Below are positions 48,366 through 58,679 of a stretch of DNA of 64,000 bases, piece after piece. The stretch lies in NCBI GenBank assembly GCA_965140415.1, contig OZ223209.1:2112001-2176000 (forward strand), in the 5' to 3' direction. A program made the position numbers and the translations under genes. Source of the stretch: Myxococcota bacterium. GTDB taxonomy: Bacteria > Myxococcota_A > SURF-8. Under the pieces are notes generated by a model. It was given only the letters and a program-made list of their open reading frames with translations, was not told the origin of the DNA and ran no database searches. Numbering within the stretch: position 1 is the first letter of the stretch; every line of letters starts with the position of its first letter.

Positions 48366-50456
48366 TTATAATGCGATCTTTCGTATTCGCACAAAGGTTT
48401 CCTGGTTGGCGATGCCGCCACCAACCGGATCAAAGTCGCTTAGTTTTCCTTTGCATAGACGCTGATCCGCCATGCCGCAGGTATAGGCTCGTTTGAGAAT
48501 CGGGACCGTACGGCCAAAACCATGGTAGGTGAAGACCGCGTCCGGATGAATGGCGTCGGTCACAAGAGCTTGAATCTTAAAACGTGTCGCTCCTCCCATG
48601 CAACTTACCAGAATCTCATCTCCGGAACGAATGTCCATTTCCGCAGCTTTTTCAGTGTTTATCCACAAGGAATTGTGCGGCATGACTTCGTGCAAATACT
48701 CATTGTTTTGTGTATGTGCATGAGCATGAATGGCATGACGACCGAATATCAGACGGAACGATTGCTCCTGAAGTATCTCTGGTTCCTGGTATGGCGGTAA
48801 GGACTCGAAACAGGCATCCTCCAGTTTTTTAGAATCGAATTCGATTTTACCGCTGGGGGTTTTATACTTTATGACGTTTTGATCCTGCACAATTGCATTG
48901 TCGGCCAAGAGAACGAAACCTGTCTTTTCGAAATCTTCAATGCATATACCTGTACCTTCCAGTTGGAAGCGCCACAAATCTTCGATGGTTTCGTACGGAA
49001 AGGCATCACCATGGCCAAGTCGTCTGGCGAGTTCTCTGAAAATCCACCATTCCGGTTTGCTGTCATGGACCGCCTCGATGACTTGTTGCCGTCGTATGAG
49101 CATCGGTTTCGCGCCCTTCTTGACCGCAATCGGAGAATCTTTTTCAAGATAAACCGAATTCGGAAGAATAACATCGGAATACCAAGTGGTTTCGCCATAC
49201 TTGGCATCGATGGAAACCAGCAGATCCAGTCGATCGAGCATGGTTAATTGTGCTTCACGGTCGGGGAAACAGACCAGGGGATCGTGCCTGTAAAAAATAT
49301 AGGCTTTCAAGGGATATGGCTGCCCGGTCATGATTGGGTTCTGGAAAAGCTGGAACAGACCTGGACCCGAATCGAAATGTTTGTATTTCCAACCGACACC
49401 GTCGGCGCGCTTATCAGCAGGGGAGGGCAAAGCATCGGCCAGGCTATTTAGTCCAGGGTATCCTGTATCCCCCATACCCTTGTTCAGGATCTGTCCGCCC
49501 TCAACCTCGATATTGCCCATCAGAACGTTCAGGATATGCAAGGCGCGACTGATGTAGAAGCTGTTGCGGTAGCGAGAAAACATCCAGCCTGGATGAAAAA
49601 TCACCCGCGGTCTTTGTCCGGCGATTTCACGGACGAACTCCCGAATCGATTCTGCTGGAACGCCGGTTTGTTTTTCAGCCCACTCCGCAGTGTAATTCTG
49701 TGTTGACTTCTCCAGAAAGGTTATTCCATCCGTGTATGCTTCGATGAACTCCGCGTCATAGGCTTTCTGCTCTATGATTTCCCGAATGATTGCCAATAGC
49801 AGGGCATAGTCGGTACCGGGGCGAACCATCCAGAAACGCGAAGCCTTGCTGGCGGTCACTGTCGCGCGAACGTCGATGTAGGTTAGCTTCATACCGTTTT
49901 TTATGGCATTCATCACCGTTCGTGCTTCACCTACCTGCAAAGATTCAAGCAGATTACGGCCCAGCAATACCAGGTGTTTGGCGTTCTTGATGTCGTATCC
50001 GAAACCCTTGCGGCCAAGTCCGTACACGGACTGGCTGGCATGATGGACGTTGATCCCGCAGGCCGCATCGTGGTTGGTGTAGTTGGGAGAACCCAACGCC
50101 TTCATGAAGGCTTTTGGTAAATCCTGAAAAGGGCCGCCCCGGCAACTGAAGAGGAGTGAGCGGCCGCCGTACTGCTCAATGATCTTTTGGAGTTTCTCAG
50201 CGGTGTAATCCAGGGCTTCGTCCCAGCCAACCCGTTTCCATTGACCGCTTCCGCGCTTTCCTTGACGGATCATCGGACCCTGCGGGCGTTCTTCCCGGTA
50301 GGTCATATTCGGACCGGCTGAACCTTTTCCACATAAGGCGCCCTTCAGAATATGGGGATTGCCCTCAACCCAGACAACGCGGCCATCCTCCACCTCGGCG
50401 CGGATCGGACAACGTACCGAACACATGCCACATAGCGTGTATATCGATTTTTTCAT
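48366..50456 (-). CDS. Molybdopterin oxidoreductase catalytic subunit (PsrA/PhsA-like), no Tat signal
   Basis: CGMCSVRC...LCGKG FS0 motif at the very N-terminus; WDEAL, RPGTD, SDVILP, TPSGKIE. Confidence 0.88.
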   Translation of the reverse strand: MKKSIYTLCGMCSVRCPIRAEVEDGRVVWVEGNPHILKGALCGKGSAGPNMTYREERPQGPMIRQGKRGSGQWKRVGWDEALDYTAEKLQKIIEQYGGRSLLFSCRGGPFQDLPKAFMKALGSPNYTNHDAACGINVHHASQSVYGLGRKGFGYDIKNAKHLVLLGRNLLESLQVGEARTVMNAIKNGMKLTYIDVRATVTASKASRFWMVRPGTDYALLLAIIREIIEQKAYDAEFIEAYTDGITFLEKSTQNYTAEWAEKQTGVPAESIREFVREIAGQRPRVIFHPGWMFSRYRNSFYISRALHILNVLMGNIEVEGGQILNKGMGDTGYPGLNSLADALPSPADKRADGVGWKYKHFDSGPGLFQLFQNPIMTGQPYPLKAYIFYRHDPLVCFPDREAQLTMLDRLDLLVSIDAKYGETTWYSDVILPNSVYLEKDSPIAVKKGAKPMLIRRQQVIEAVHDSKPEWWIFRELARRLGHGDAFPYETIEDLWRFQLEGTGICIEDFEKTGFVLLADNAIVQDQNVIKYKTPSGKIEFDSKKLEDACFESLPPYQEPEILQEQSFRLIFGRHAIHAHAHTQNNEYLHEVMPHNSLWINTEKAAEMDIRSGDEILVSCMGGATRFKIQALVTDAIHPDAVFTYHGFGRTVPILKRAYTCGMADQRLCKGKLSDFDPVGGGIANQETFVRIRKIAL

Positions 50457-50467
50457 CACTAACCTCT

Positions 50468-50977
50468 TCAGATTCGGCATTGCGTACGGCCGTATCCGCT
50501 TTTACCTAGTGACTTAATCGCGTTGGCGTACACGATGTAAAGTGCAATGTAGGTAATCACAAGCGGAGCAACATTACTCAATCCATTTTCGAAACCTGTC
50601 AACGGTAGCCGGATTCCGGTGAAGCGTGAATCGATCCAACCGGCGGCAAAAAACACGGGCCACAGGCTGGCGGCGCTGATGGAAATGCCCATGAAAAAAG
50701 CTTTTCCGAATGCCTCGTTAGCCAGTCCGTTGACGCCGGAACGATCATGGCGTGCTTCACCGTTTTTAAGCATGCCCAGGTATGTGTTTTCGAATTTCCG
50801 TGCATCCTGTACATGCTGATTTAGAAAAGCCCCGTTGGCATACATGGCGATTTTCACTGTTGACTGGCCCAGCAACAGGCTGACCAGCGCCAGGATGGCC
50901 GAGCCCAGCCAGAAAGCGGTGACAGGCTCGGCCAGCAGGCGAAACGGAAGGATAGCGATCGAATCCAGCGATGACAT
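50468..50977 (-). CDS. Small membrane protein
   Basis: Three hydrophobic segments; in operon between TauE and the Mo enzyme. Confidence 0.7.
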   Translation of the reverse strand: MSSLDSIAILPFRLLAEPVTAFWLGSAILALVSLLLGQSTVKIAMYANGAFLNQHVQDARKFENTYLGMLKNGEARHDRSGVNGLANEAFGKAFFMGISISAASLWPVFFAAGWIDSRFTGIRLPLTGFENGLSNVAPLVITYIALYIVYANAIKSLGKSGYGRTQCRI

Positions 50978-51000
50978 GATCGACACTCTCCAGTTATGAA

Positions 51001-52359
51001 TCAGAACGGTGGAAGAATGCTGTAACCAAGGAAACCCTTGGTGCAATAGCGAATTCCGACGTAAAACGCGAGAATGATGAACAGACGCTTGAGCCAGATG
51101 TCCGGGATGTATTTCTGAGTACGAGGTCCGATCATCGATCCCACAAAAATGCCGATCAGCTCAACTCCGATCAAGCTCCAGGGAACGACGACACCCTTGC
51201 CGACAACATATGTAAAAATACTGACGATCATTCCAACAAGGACGGCAAGGGCGCTCGTTCCTGCAACCAGGAACATCGGAAGTCCGGCTACGCTGGTAAG
51301 GAAGGGAACCAGCAGAAACCCGCCTCCAACGCCGAGGAAACTGGCGATGGCAGCAATAAAGAAGCCGCCGATTGCAGGAATATAGGCTTTAAATGCGAAT
51401 TCGACGCCGAAAAACGTAAAGCGAATATGCTTATTGGGTAGAAAGAACATTAGCACAAGACCGAAGGCAACGATAGCGTAGCTGACGTATAAAGCGCCGC
51501 TGAAAAGATGCTCGCCCAGATTGCCGAATAATACACCAACCAGCACCAGAATCAGCGAGGCGAACATCATCCCGATGCTGCCTTCCAGCACCTGCACGCC
51601 TTCATTTACACTGTCATCGTTCTCATTTTTCTCTTTCTGAGCCTTTTCAAACGCTTCGGCTGCGGCTTTGGCGGCTTTCTGCTTTGCGCGGCCACGTTCC
51701 GTGGTTTGATAGAAAAGGTAGCAGCCGAGCACTAAAACGATTAAGCCGAAGAAGCCGAGATAATCTTTCAGGTTAACCTGTCCTGCGGTCAGTCGCGGTG
51801 CGAGATAGGAACCGGCTACCGAACCGACAGCCAGACTGACAGCGATCGGCAACACCAGTCGTTTCATTCTATAGTAATTGAAACTTGAAATTGCACCGCT
51901 AATTCCGACCAGCCATTGATTGCTGACTCGGATGCTGTCGGTCATCAATTTGTTTAGTGGGTTGCCGCTGCCGAAACTTTTGGCGTAGTCACCCAATCCG
52001 AAGATCGTGATATGTCCGACGCCTGCCATGATCCCTCCGAATGCTCCAACAGTGGAAAAAATCCAGCCGACCCAGATGGCCCATAAAAAACCTAAAAGAT
52101 AGGATGGACTTGGCGCGCCAGGGATACCGAACAGCCCGGGTTTTGCATCCGCTTTGATGACTTCCTGTGTTTTAGCGGCATGATTGGGGTCCGCAACGGC
52201 GCTGCTGATCGCAGCCTTGATCTGGTCTGGCATCTCGCTACGCAGCAGATTTGTGGCCTGCTCGCCGGTTTGGGCATGCAGGTCAAAGAAAGAACTGGTG
52301 GACAGCACCAGAACAGCTGTCAAGGCGACAAGTACAAGGATGTTTATGGTGTTTCTCAT
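51001..52359 (-). CDS. TauE/SafE-family sulfur-compound permease
   Basis: GAFGGIMAG and LGVGGGFLLVP...AGTS repeats; multi-TM. Confidence 0.88.
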   Translation of the reverse strand: MRNTINILVLVALTAVLVLSTSSFFDLHAQTGEQATNLLRSEMPDQIKAAISSAVADPNHAAKTQEVIKADAKPGLFGIPGAPSPSYLLGFLWAIWVGWIFSTVGAFGGIMAGVGHITIFGLGDYAKSFGSGNPLNKLMTDSIRVSNQWLVGISGAISSFNYYRMKRLVLPIAVSLAVGSVAGSYLAPRLTAGQVNLKDYLGFFGLIVLVLGCYLFYQTTERGRAKQKAAKAAAEAFEKAQKEKNENDDSVNEGVQVLEGSIGMMFASLILVLVGVLFGNLGEHLFSGALYVSYAIVAFGLVLMFFLPNKHIRFTFFGVEFAFKAYIPAIGGFFIAAIASFLGVGGGFLLVPFLTSVAGLPMFLVAGTSALAVLVGMIVSIFTYVVGKGVVVPWSLIGVELIGIFVGSMIGPRTQKYIPDIWLKRLFIILAFYVGIRYCTKGFLGYSILPPF

Positions 52360-52395
52360 GTTTTCTTCCTCTTGGGGGTTAGGGATGAATCTTTC

Positions 52396-53709
52396 TTACA
52401 GGCTAAACTGGAGTAGCAGCCGCAGTCGCATATCGCTCTGGGCATCCTTTGAAACATAGTCTTTCATGATCCAACTGGCATCGGTGGCGATCTTGACGTG
52501 ACGGCCAAACGGGTAGCAGTTGATTCCGAATGAAAGTTCATGCTCCACTTTCAGATCGCCGGCTCCTTTATAGCTGTCTGCTAATGTGGGATCGGCAGCA
52601 ACAATCGTCGCTGCGTTCGCTCGGGCATCATCGCGGAAGGTTTCGGTGGTGGTATTTCCGAAATAACGTACAGCGAATTCTAGGGGAATCGGTAACAGGT
52701 AACTTGCCTGTACGACGCCACCCAGAATGGCCAGGTCGATGTCGGAGTCCAGCCCGGATTCCATGTCATGATATGCGGTAAAGAAGGTGCCGAAGAAACT
52801 GAAGCCGTAGGCTTTCATCATGAATTCGAAAGCCGTGCGTGCTGCCGGGTCGCGAAACGCCTTGGGACGGAAGTCATAGGAAAATCCTAAACCAACGGAG
52901 AAACGAAAGTCGCGACGTTTCCAATCCGTTTCGGTAGTGACGTCGATCCCATTGAACAGGTATGCGTAATGGCCGATGATCTCCGGGTGAAACTCGTTGT
53001 ATGCATCCGCACCGCCCGACAACAACCCCGGCTCAAGCATTTTCTCTTTGCTGATCATCGTAATGCCCTTGGTGCAGTTTGATCGCCAGGGAATTCCGCC
53101 ATACACGCCGATTTCGTATTCGTGCGAGGTTTTCTTGCCGTAGCCGTTGTGTAGTGTCAGTCCGAGAGCTCGTTCGGTTCCGTAATAACGAGGTGCATTC
53201 GAGAAATCGACCAAAGCCTGATTTTTCCAGGAATTCATGCGCTTGCGGGAGAAACCAGGCTTATGGGCGCCCAAGCGGAGACGGGCTTGCTGGTGAAACT
53301 GGTAGTCCACAAACAAATCCATCAGGGTGATTTTTCCCGGAATGGTTTCCACCTGCAGTTTGTAGGTAAAGTCTTTACTGAATAGATGTCCGTTCAAACT
53401 GGTTTGGATGCGTTTGAAAGTAAATTTATGGTCGTGGTCTTGGCTTTTACCATTTTCTTCAGTAATATTCGTCCAATTGGAATCATATTGCAATTGGGCT
53501 GCAAAGCCGAGTTGTACCGAAGCCAACCCGTCCTCACTTTCAACCTTCAGCGGTTTTATTTTTTTCGGTTTTTCTGCTTTGACTGGAGCGGCTTGCGTTT
53601 CCTGTGCATTGGCCGGAACAGAAAATGCTATACTCAAAACAAACAGCAGCAGCACGGCGAATATGCGTGGATTGGTTAAAATTCCTAGAAAACATTTTAT
53701 TGAATTCAT
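52396..53709 (-). CDS. Outer-membrane porin (OprO/P-like anion-selective family)
   Basis: Signal peptide ending ANA; beta-strand pattern; C-terminal RLRLLLQFSL. Confidence 0.7.
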   Translation of the reverse strand: MNSIKCFLGILTNPRIFAVLLLFVLSIAFSVPANAQETQAAPVKAEKPKKIKPLKVESEDGLASVQLGFAAQLQYDSNWTNITEENGKSQDHDHKFTFKRIQTSLNGHLFSKDFTYKLQVETIPGKITLMDLFVDYQFHQQARLRLGAHKPGFSRKRMNSWKNQALVDFSNAPRYYGTERALGLTLHNGYGKKTSHEYEIGVYGGIPWRSNCTKGITMISKEKMLEPGLLSGGADAYNEFHPEIIGHYAYLFNGIDVTTETDWKRRDFRFSVGLGFSYDFRPKAFRDPAARTAFEFMMKAYGFSFFGTFFTAYHDMESGLDSDIDLAILGGVVQASYLLPIPLEFAVRYFGNTTTETFRDDARANAATIVAADPTLADSYKGAGDLKVEHELSFGINCYPFGRHVKIATDASWIMKDYVSKDAQSDMRLRLLLQFSL

Positions 53710-53732
53710 AATTGGTATCCTTTCCGCGACCT

Positions 53733-54140
53733 TTATGATGATTGTTTCAAGTGTTGGGTGTGCTCCGGTTTTGAAAGCAAACGCTCCACCGTAACCAGCA
53801 GTTGCTCTCGATCAAGAGGTTTTTGTAAAGTACTTAACTCACAGAGATCATTTAGCTTTTCTATTTCTTTTTTGCATCGTGTGCCCACCAGCAGCAGAAT
53901 AGGAAATTCATCCAGATGGTGTTTTAATAGCGAAGCGAATTGAGTGCAGCGCATTGTTTCCAGTTGAAAATCGATGATCAGTAGTTCACACCGCCCGGAT
54001 GCTTGGTTTAATGTGTCGATGGAGGCTTCCAAAGAATCCACTGCCAGAACCTGATACCCAGCGGATTGAAGGGATAAGGTCAACGAAACGCGGATGCTGC
54101 CTTGATGTTCCGCAACCAGAATGTAAGAATCGGTTTCCAT
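53733..54140 (-). CDS. Stand-alone response-regulator receiver domain (atypical)
   Basis: ILVAEH, LLIID, PILLL, LQKP. Confidence 0.7.
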   Translation of the reverse strand: METDSYILVAEHQGSIRVSLTLSLQSAGYQVLAVDSLEASIDTLNQASGRCELLIIDFQLETMRCTQFASLLKHHLDEFPILLLVGTRCKKEIEKLNDLCELSTLQKPLDREQLLVTVERLLSKPEHTQHLKQSS

Positions 54141-54190
54141 CTTGATCTCGCTTATGCGCAAAAGCGCCGTCAAAGTCGGTCGGTTACTAA

Positions 54191-54207
54191 AGCAATCCGA
54201 GTGCCAG
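54191..54207 (-). promoter_or_regulatory. Sigma-54 (-24/-12) promoter for the porin/TauE/oxidoreductase operon
   Basis: Minus strand reads CTGGCACTCGGATTGCT = TGGCAC-N5-TTGC. Confidence 0.88.
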
Positions 54208-54285
54208 CTTTACAAGAAGATGGAAACAATTGTTATTACAATGAAATAGCTATGATCAGTTGAAAGGAAAACAATAGCCGGTCAG

Positions 54286-54391
54286 TGGAAACTTACTTTC
54301 CAGATTTTATCATGAAATGGAAATAGTGCTGCTTGTTCGATAGGTTAGGTTTTAACGAAAACTAGTTTCCACTTTGTAAACTAAGTTTCCG
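54286..54391. promoter_or_regulatory. Three TGGAAA-N5-TTTCCA-like boxes, putative enhancer sites
   Basis: 54286-54302 (perfect), 54355-54371 and 54375-54391 (imperfect). Confidence 0.65.
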
Positions 54392-55799
54392 GTTCCAGGT
54401 TTTTACGAAGGCGCTTGTTCAATGCCTGCCGAGTCATACCCAACACTTGGGCAGCTTTGCTTTTATTGCCTTCGCAACGCAGGAGCGCCTCTGTGATCAG
54501 TAAATCTTTAGCGGTTTCGATGGTGGGTAACGAGGCGGGGAAAACGATCTGGTTCTGTCTGTCCTTAAAACAGTTGGCAAGAAGATGCATGGATTCAAGG
54601 TCGCTTTGATCATGCTGTCCAAGGCGCTCGGAGAGGATCTCAAGCGAACCGCTGGCGCAGGCATCGAAAATCATGGCGCGTAATTCCCGAACGTTGCCAG
54701 GAAATGGATAGACAGCCATTGCTTGCAGTATCGGTTTGAAATCCAACACGTGCCAATCGGGATGGCTACCTGCAATTTCCCTTTGGAAAGCTTCGATCAA
54801 TAGTGGCAGATCGCAGATCCGTTCGCGCAAAGCAGGCAATGCAATGTTGTGTGTGTCCAGGCGATAGAATAAATCCCTTCGGAAGAGACCGTTTTTCATC
54901 AAGTCTGTCAGATCTCGATTCGTGGCGGCGATAATCCGGATATCCGCAGTTTTGGGCTTATCTTCTCCCAAGGGAAAATATTCTCCCTCCTGAACCAGCC
55001 TAAGCAATTTAACTTGCGAGGCAACTGATACATCCCCGATTTCATCCAGAAACAGGATTCCGCCGGAGGCTTTGGCCACCAGACCTTCGCGCATTTGCTC
55101 TGCACCAGTAAATGCTCCTTTGCGATGTCCAAACAGGCTGTCATCGAACATCTGTTCTGAAAGTCCGGCAATATTAACTGCGATAAATGGTCCCCGACTG
55201 TCTCCCGCTTTGTGAATGGCGCGTGCCATTAATTCTTTGCCGACGCCGGTTTCACCGGTAATCAAAACCGGTTCGAAAGAATCGGCGATCGCTTCCGCAT
55301 ACTGGAACAGAGAAAACATCAGGCTGTGACCGGTTACAATATCTGAGAACGCCTCCGGGTTTTCCAGTTCAGGTGACTTGATACGACTCTGCAATCGTTG
55401 CATCTGACGGTGTAGCTCGTGGGATCTAAGCACGCGCTCGACAGTATGCAACAGCCGATCTTGGCTGACCGGTTTTACCAGATAATCGTCCGCCCCGCGC
55501 TTCATGCATTCGACGGCGCTTTCCACCGTATCGTTGCCCGTAATGATAATGACTGAAATATCGGGAAATTCAGCTTTGATCTCCCCCAACAACTGTTCTC
55601 CAGAAGGATTCGGCATGGTCAGATCGAGCAAAACCAATGACGGCATCCAGTCGCGGATAATCGTCAGTGTTTCCCGACTCTGCTGGTTTGCTGTGAGATT
55701 CGCATAACCGTCCATGCGCAAGGTCATTTCGTAACTACGTAAAATCTGGACCTCGTCATCTACCAGAAGAATCGGAAGGCTTTTCTGCTGTCGATTCAT
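54381..55799 (-). CDS. Sigma-54-dependent response regulator (NtrC/AtoC family)
   Basis: Receiver LLVDD/LLD; GETGVGKE, GAFTGA, LFLDEIG, FPGNVREL; C-terminal Fis-type HTH. Confidence 0.95.
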   Translation of the reverse strand: MNRQQKSLPILLVDDEVQILRSYEMTLRMDGYANLTANQQSRETLTIIRDWMPSLVLLDLTMPNPSGEQLLGEIKAEFPDISVIIITGNDTVESAVECMKRGADDYLVKPVSQDRLLHTVERVLRSHELHRQMQRLQSRIKSPELENPEAFSDIVTGHSLMFSLFQYAEAIADSFEPVLITGETGVGKELMARAIHKAGDSRGPFIAVNIAGLSEQMFDDSLFGHRKGAFTGAEQMREGLVAKASGGILFLDEIGDVSVASQVKLLRLVQEGEYFPLGEDKPKTADIRIIAATNRDLTDLMKNGLFRRDLFYRLDTHNIALPALRERICDLPLLIEAFQREIAGSHPDWHVLDFKPILQAMAVYPFPGNVRELRAMIFDACASGSLEILSERLGQHDQSDLESMHLLANCFKDRQNQIVFPASLPTIETAKDLLITEALLRCEGNKSKAAQVLGMTRQALNKRLRKNLEPET

Positions 55800-58390
55800 T
55801 GGTTTTCCTCATTCAGAAATGATCGCTCATCAATAGGCAAAAAGATTGATACCGTGGTTCCTTCTCCTGGAACGGAATCGAACAGCAATAGGCCTTCATG
55901 GTCTTTGATGATCCCATCCGAAATCGATAGTCCCAGGCCCGTACCGCCATTTTCGCGTTTGGTGGTAAAGAAAGGATCTTTGATCCGGCCCATGCTTTCC
56001 TCTTCGATGCCGATTCCTTCATCCCGTATCATCAACCGAACCTGCTTGTGTTCGCCTTGTAGATACTCGGTTGTGATGCTAATCGCCTTTTCCGGGTCGG
56101 GCAAGGCGTCGCAGGCGTTCAAAATCAGATTGACAATGACCTGCTCGATACGCTGGAAATTGCCTTTAAATGTCGGTAAGGGGTCGGCCAGATCCAGTTG
56201 CAGATGTTGCGTCGACTTTTTCAATCGATTGTTTGTCAATGTGATGGCGGAGCGGACGACTTCATTAAGATTCACATTCTGGTCCATCGAGGAGATATCC
56301 TGCCTGGCAAAATCCTTTAAGTTGGTAACGATTCCCTTGATACGTTCCGCGCCTTTGCCGATGTCTTCCAACAAGGTGGGCACCCAGTCCCGACAGGCGG
56401 CGTAGCTCATCTTGCCGATTTCGAAATCCCCGTTTTCCTCGAATTGGCGATCCAGATAGGGTTGCACGCCTTTCCAGATCTCCAGAATGATCGGTGTATT
56501 CAACATGATGAAGCTATTTGGATTGCTGATTTCGTGTGCCATACCTGCTACCAGGGTTCCTAAAGATGCCAGTTTGTCAGCTTGAATAAGCTGCTTTTGT
56601 CGTATTTCCGCAGACTTTTCCAGCTCTTTGCGGCGTGTGATATCGCGCTCGATAACCGCTGCTCCATGTTGACCGCCAACTTTTGGCCGAATGGGAGAAA
56701 CCAATAGAGAAACCGGGAAAATTCGCCCTTCTTTTGACTTGCGTAGTGTTTCGTAATTTCGAAAGGGTAGTCCATTTCGGATCGCCTGGTGGATGTTATC
56801 CAATTCTTCTTCCAGGCTTTCTTCAAGCAGCATACCGAGCGGTTGGCCGATGACCTCATGTTGACGATATCCGTACAAACGTTCTGCACCCAGATTCCAG
56901 GTTAGAATACGGCATTCGTGATCTACAGCAAGAATGGCATCGTTGGAGGATTCAACGATTGCGATCAGCAGGCGTTGTGCTTCCTCTATGCGACTACGTT
57001 CTTCGATAGCAATCTCGACCTTGTCGACGATCGATTGTACGGCGCGGGTGGCATCGGTGATGGAGTTCACTTCGTAGGTGCTGTCTTTAAAATCTCCTGT
57101 TTTATGGTCAATGGAATTGGAATCGGTTCCGTCGCTGGATGTGAGTAGCGTATTCACCTGTTTCTGTAGATGCGCCAACTCTTGCATAATGCCGGAGAAT
57201 GAGTTTTGCAAACGGCTGACGAACTCGTTGAACAGTCCAGCCAACTCGCCGATTTCATCCGTACTGGACGTAGTCAAGCGGCTGTTCAAATCGCCTTTTT
57301 CATATGCGATGTCATGTAGTCGTCCCATCATTTCCTGTAAAGGATTGGTGATGCGATGCCCGATCCACATCAGCGAAGCCGCCAGCAACAGAATCAAGGC
57401 GGATGTTACTCCAGCCACAGACGATCGGAATTGTCGCGTACTGGCCGCAGCCCCCGATTCATCCGTGATTAGTTCCACGACGCCTATTGGTTTGCCACTG
57501 AAATCAATGACGGGAAAGAATGTGTGGTATTCTTGCTCCATCCAGTACGAAATAAATCCCAGACTGCCATCGTCCAAATATCGTGAAACGAGATCGGAGG
57601 CTTGGGTGGAAGGATCGCTGGCGGCCACCAGAATAAAGGCGTTGCTGCCTCCCTTAACCAAAGGATGTTGCTGTCGGTCATTGAATGCGGTCGTGATATC
57701 CGAGTACTTGGCATCCATAAATAAAGCGAAACGGGTATTGGCAGGATCGAGTACGTTGTGAAGAACGCGATCGTAGGAATACAGGATTTCAACAGAGCCG
57801 ACGTGCCGGTTATCCTCTAACCGGATTGGAACGATACCACGAATGGTAAAGCCACCTCTGCCCAGTTCAATGCCTTTAACAGGTTGATTTTCCCGATTGG
57901 TCTTAACGACAGTCTGCCGGAACTTATTCAAATCGTCGGACATATCGACCCAACGCCCCTCTCGCAGAGCCTGCCGTTCTCTCCAAACACGTAACAAGCT
58001 GCGGTTATTGGGCAGATGAAAATGCGCCTGAAGTTGAGAGGAACCCGAATACTCGGCAAATGCCGAAAGGTAGGGGGCTAATTTTCGCCGAAGATCTTCA
58101 CGGGCCTGTTGTACTGTCGAGTCGAAGGGGTTGTCGATGTTGGCGTTTCCGATGCGGTTAAAAATCGTTCTCACTTCAGGCAAAGTTGAAAGGATGCTGG
58201 AAACCTGCAGTGCGTGTTCGGCCAGCAAGTCTGTTTCGCGATCGATGGCAACGATCAAATTCTCATGACGGAGCTTGATACCTTGATTGATCGTATTCTG
58301 AAAAATCGCCGTGGCGATAAGGTAGATGATCAAGCCCAAACCGATCATGCCTAGAATAGCAGGTATCAGAAACTTGTTTCTCATGCTCAT
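55796..58390 (-). CDS. Sensor histidine kinase (Cache-like, HAMP, PAS, HisKA, HATPase)
   Basis: Two TM helices; DEIGELA HAMP; WNLGAERLYGY PAS; AHEISNP; NLILNA, DEGIG, GTGLGL. Confidence 0.93.
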   Translation of the reverse strand: MSMRNKFLIPAILGMIGLGLIIYLIATAIFQNTINQGIKLRHENLIVAIDRETDLLAEHALQVSSILSTLPEVRTIFNRIGNANIDNPFDSTVQQAREDLRRKLAPYLSAFAEYSGSSQLQAHFHLPNNRSLLRVWRERQALREGRWVDMSDDLNKFRQTVVKTNRENQPVKGIELGRGGFTIRGIVPIRLEDNRHVGSVEILYSYDRVLHNVLDPANTRFALFMDAKYSDITTAFNDRQQHPLVKGGSNAFILVAASDPSTQASDLVSRYLDDGSLGFISYWMEQEYHTFFPVIDFSGKPIGVVELITDESGAAASTRQFRSSVAGVTSALILLLAASLMWIGHRITNPLQEMMGRLHDIAYEKGDLNSRLTTSSTDEIGELAGLFNEFVSRLQNSFSGIMQELAHLQKQVNTLLTSSDGTDSNSIDHKTGDFKDSTYEVNSITDATRAVQSIVDKVEIAIEERSRIEEAQRLLIAIVESSNDAILAVDHECRILTWNLGAERLYGYRQHEVIGQPLGMLLEESLEEELDNIHQAIRNGLPFRNYETLRKSKEGRIFPVSLLVSPIRPKVGGQHGAAVIERDITRRKELEKSAEIRQKQLIQADKLASLGTLVAGMAHEISNPNSFIMLNTPIILEIWKGVQPYLDRQFEENGDFEIGKMSYAACRDWVPTLLEDIGKGAERIKGIVTNLKDFARQDISSMDQNVNLNEVVRSAITLTNNRLKKSTQHLQLDLADPLPTFKGNFQRIEQVIVNLILNACDALPDPEKAISITTEYLQGEHKQVRLMIRDEGIGIEEESMGRIKDPFFTTKRENGGTGLGLSISDGIIKDHEGLLLFDSVPGEGTTVSIFLPIDERSFLNEENQ

Positions 58391-58479
58391 TAACAAACCG
58401 CCTGCCGTACTTATAAACAGGAATTTCGACCTCGTTTCAGTGATATTACCCGAAAATCAGCCAAACGGCAATTTGCATA

Positions 58480-58679
58480 GCAGAGGATGTGGCGAGTCGC
58501 GCTGCGTACCGAGGGGTCGGCCCATGGCGCAACGACAGAAGATACCACCTGAAAGCGGCCATTAATAACGGCCTGTTACGTCATTATGGACTTATGAGCC
58601 TGCTTGATGAACATCGTCGACTTGCGAGTTTAACGTGAACCGACGTATACGGAACCGTACGTACGGTGGTGTGAGAGGT
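58480..58679 (+). mobile_element. 3' remnant of a class C group II intron (maturase C-terminus plus domain V)
   Basis: Frame from 58480: AEDVASRAAYRGVGPWRNDRRYHLKAAINNGLLRHYGLMSLLDEHRRLASLT*; then GAACCGACGTATACGGAACCGTACGTACGGTGGTGTGAGAGG. Confidence 0.85.
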
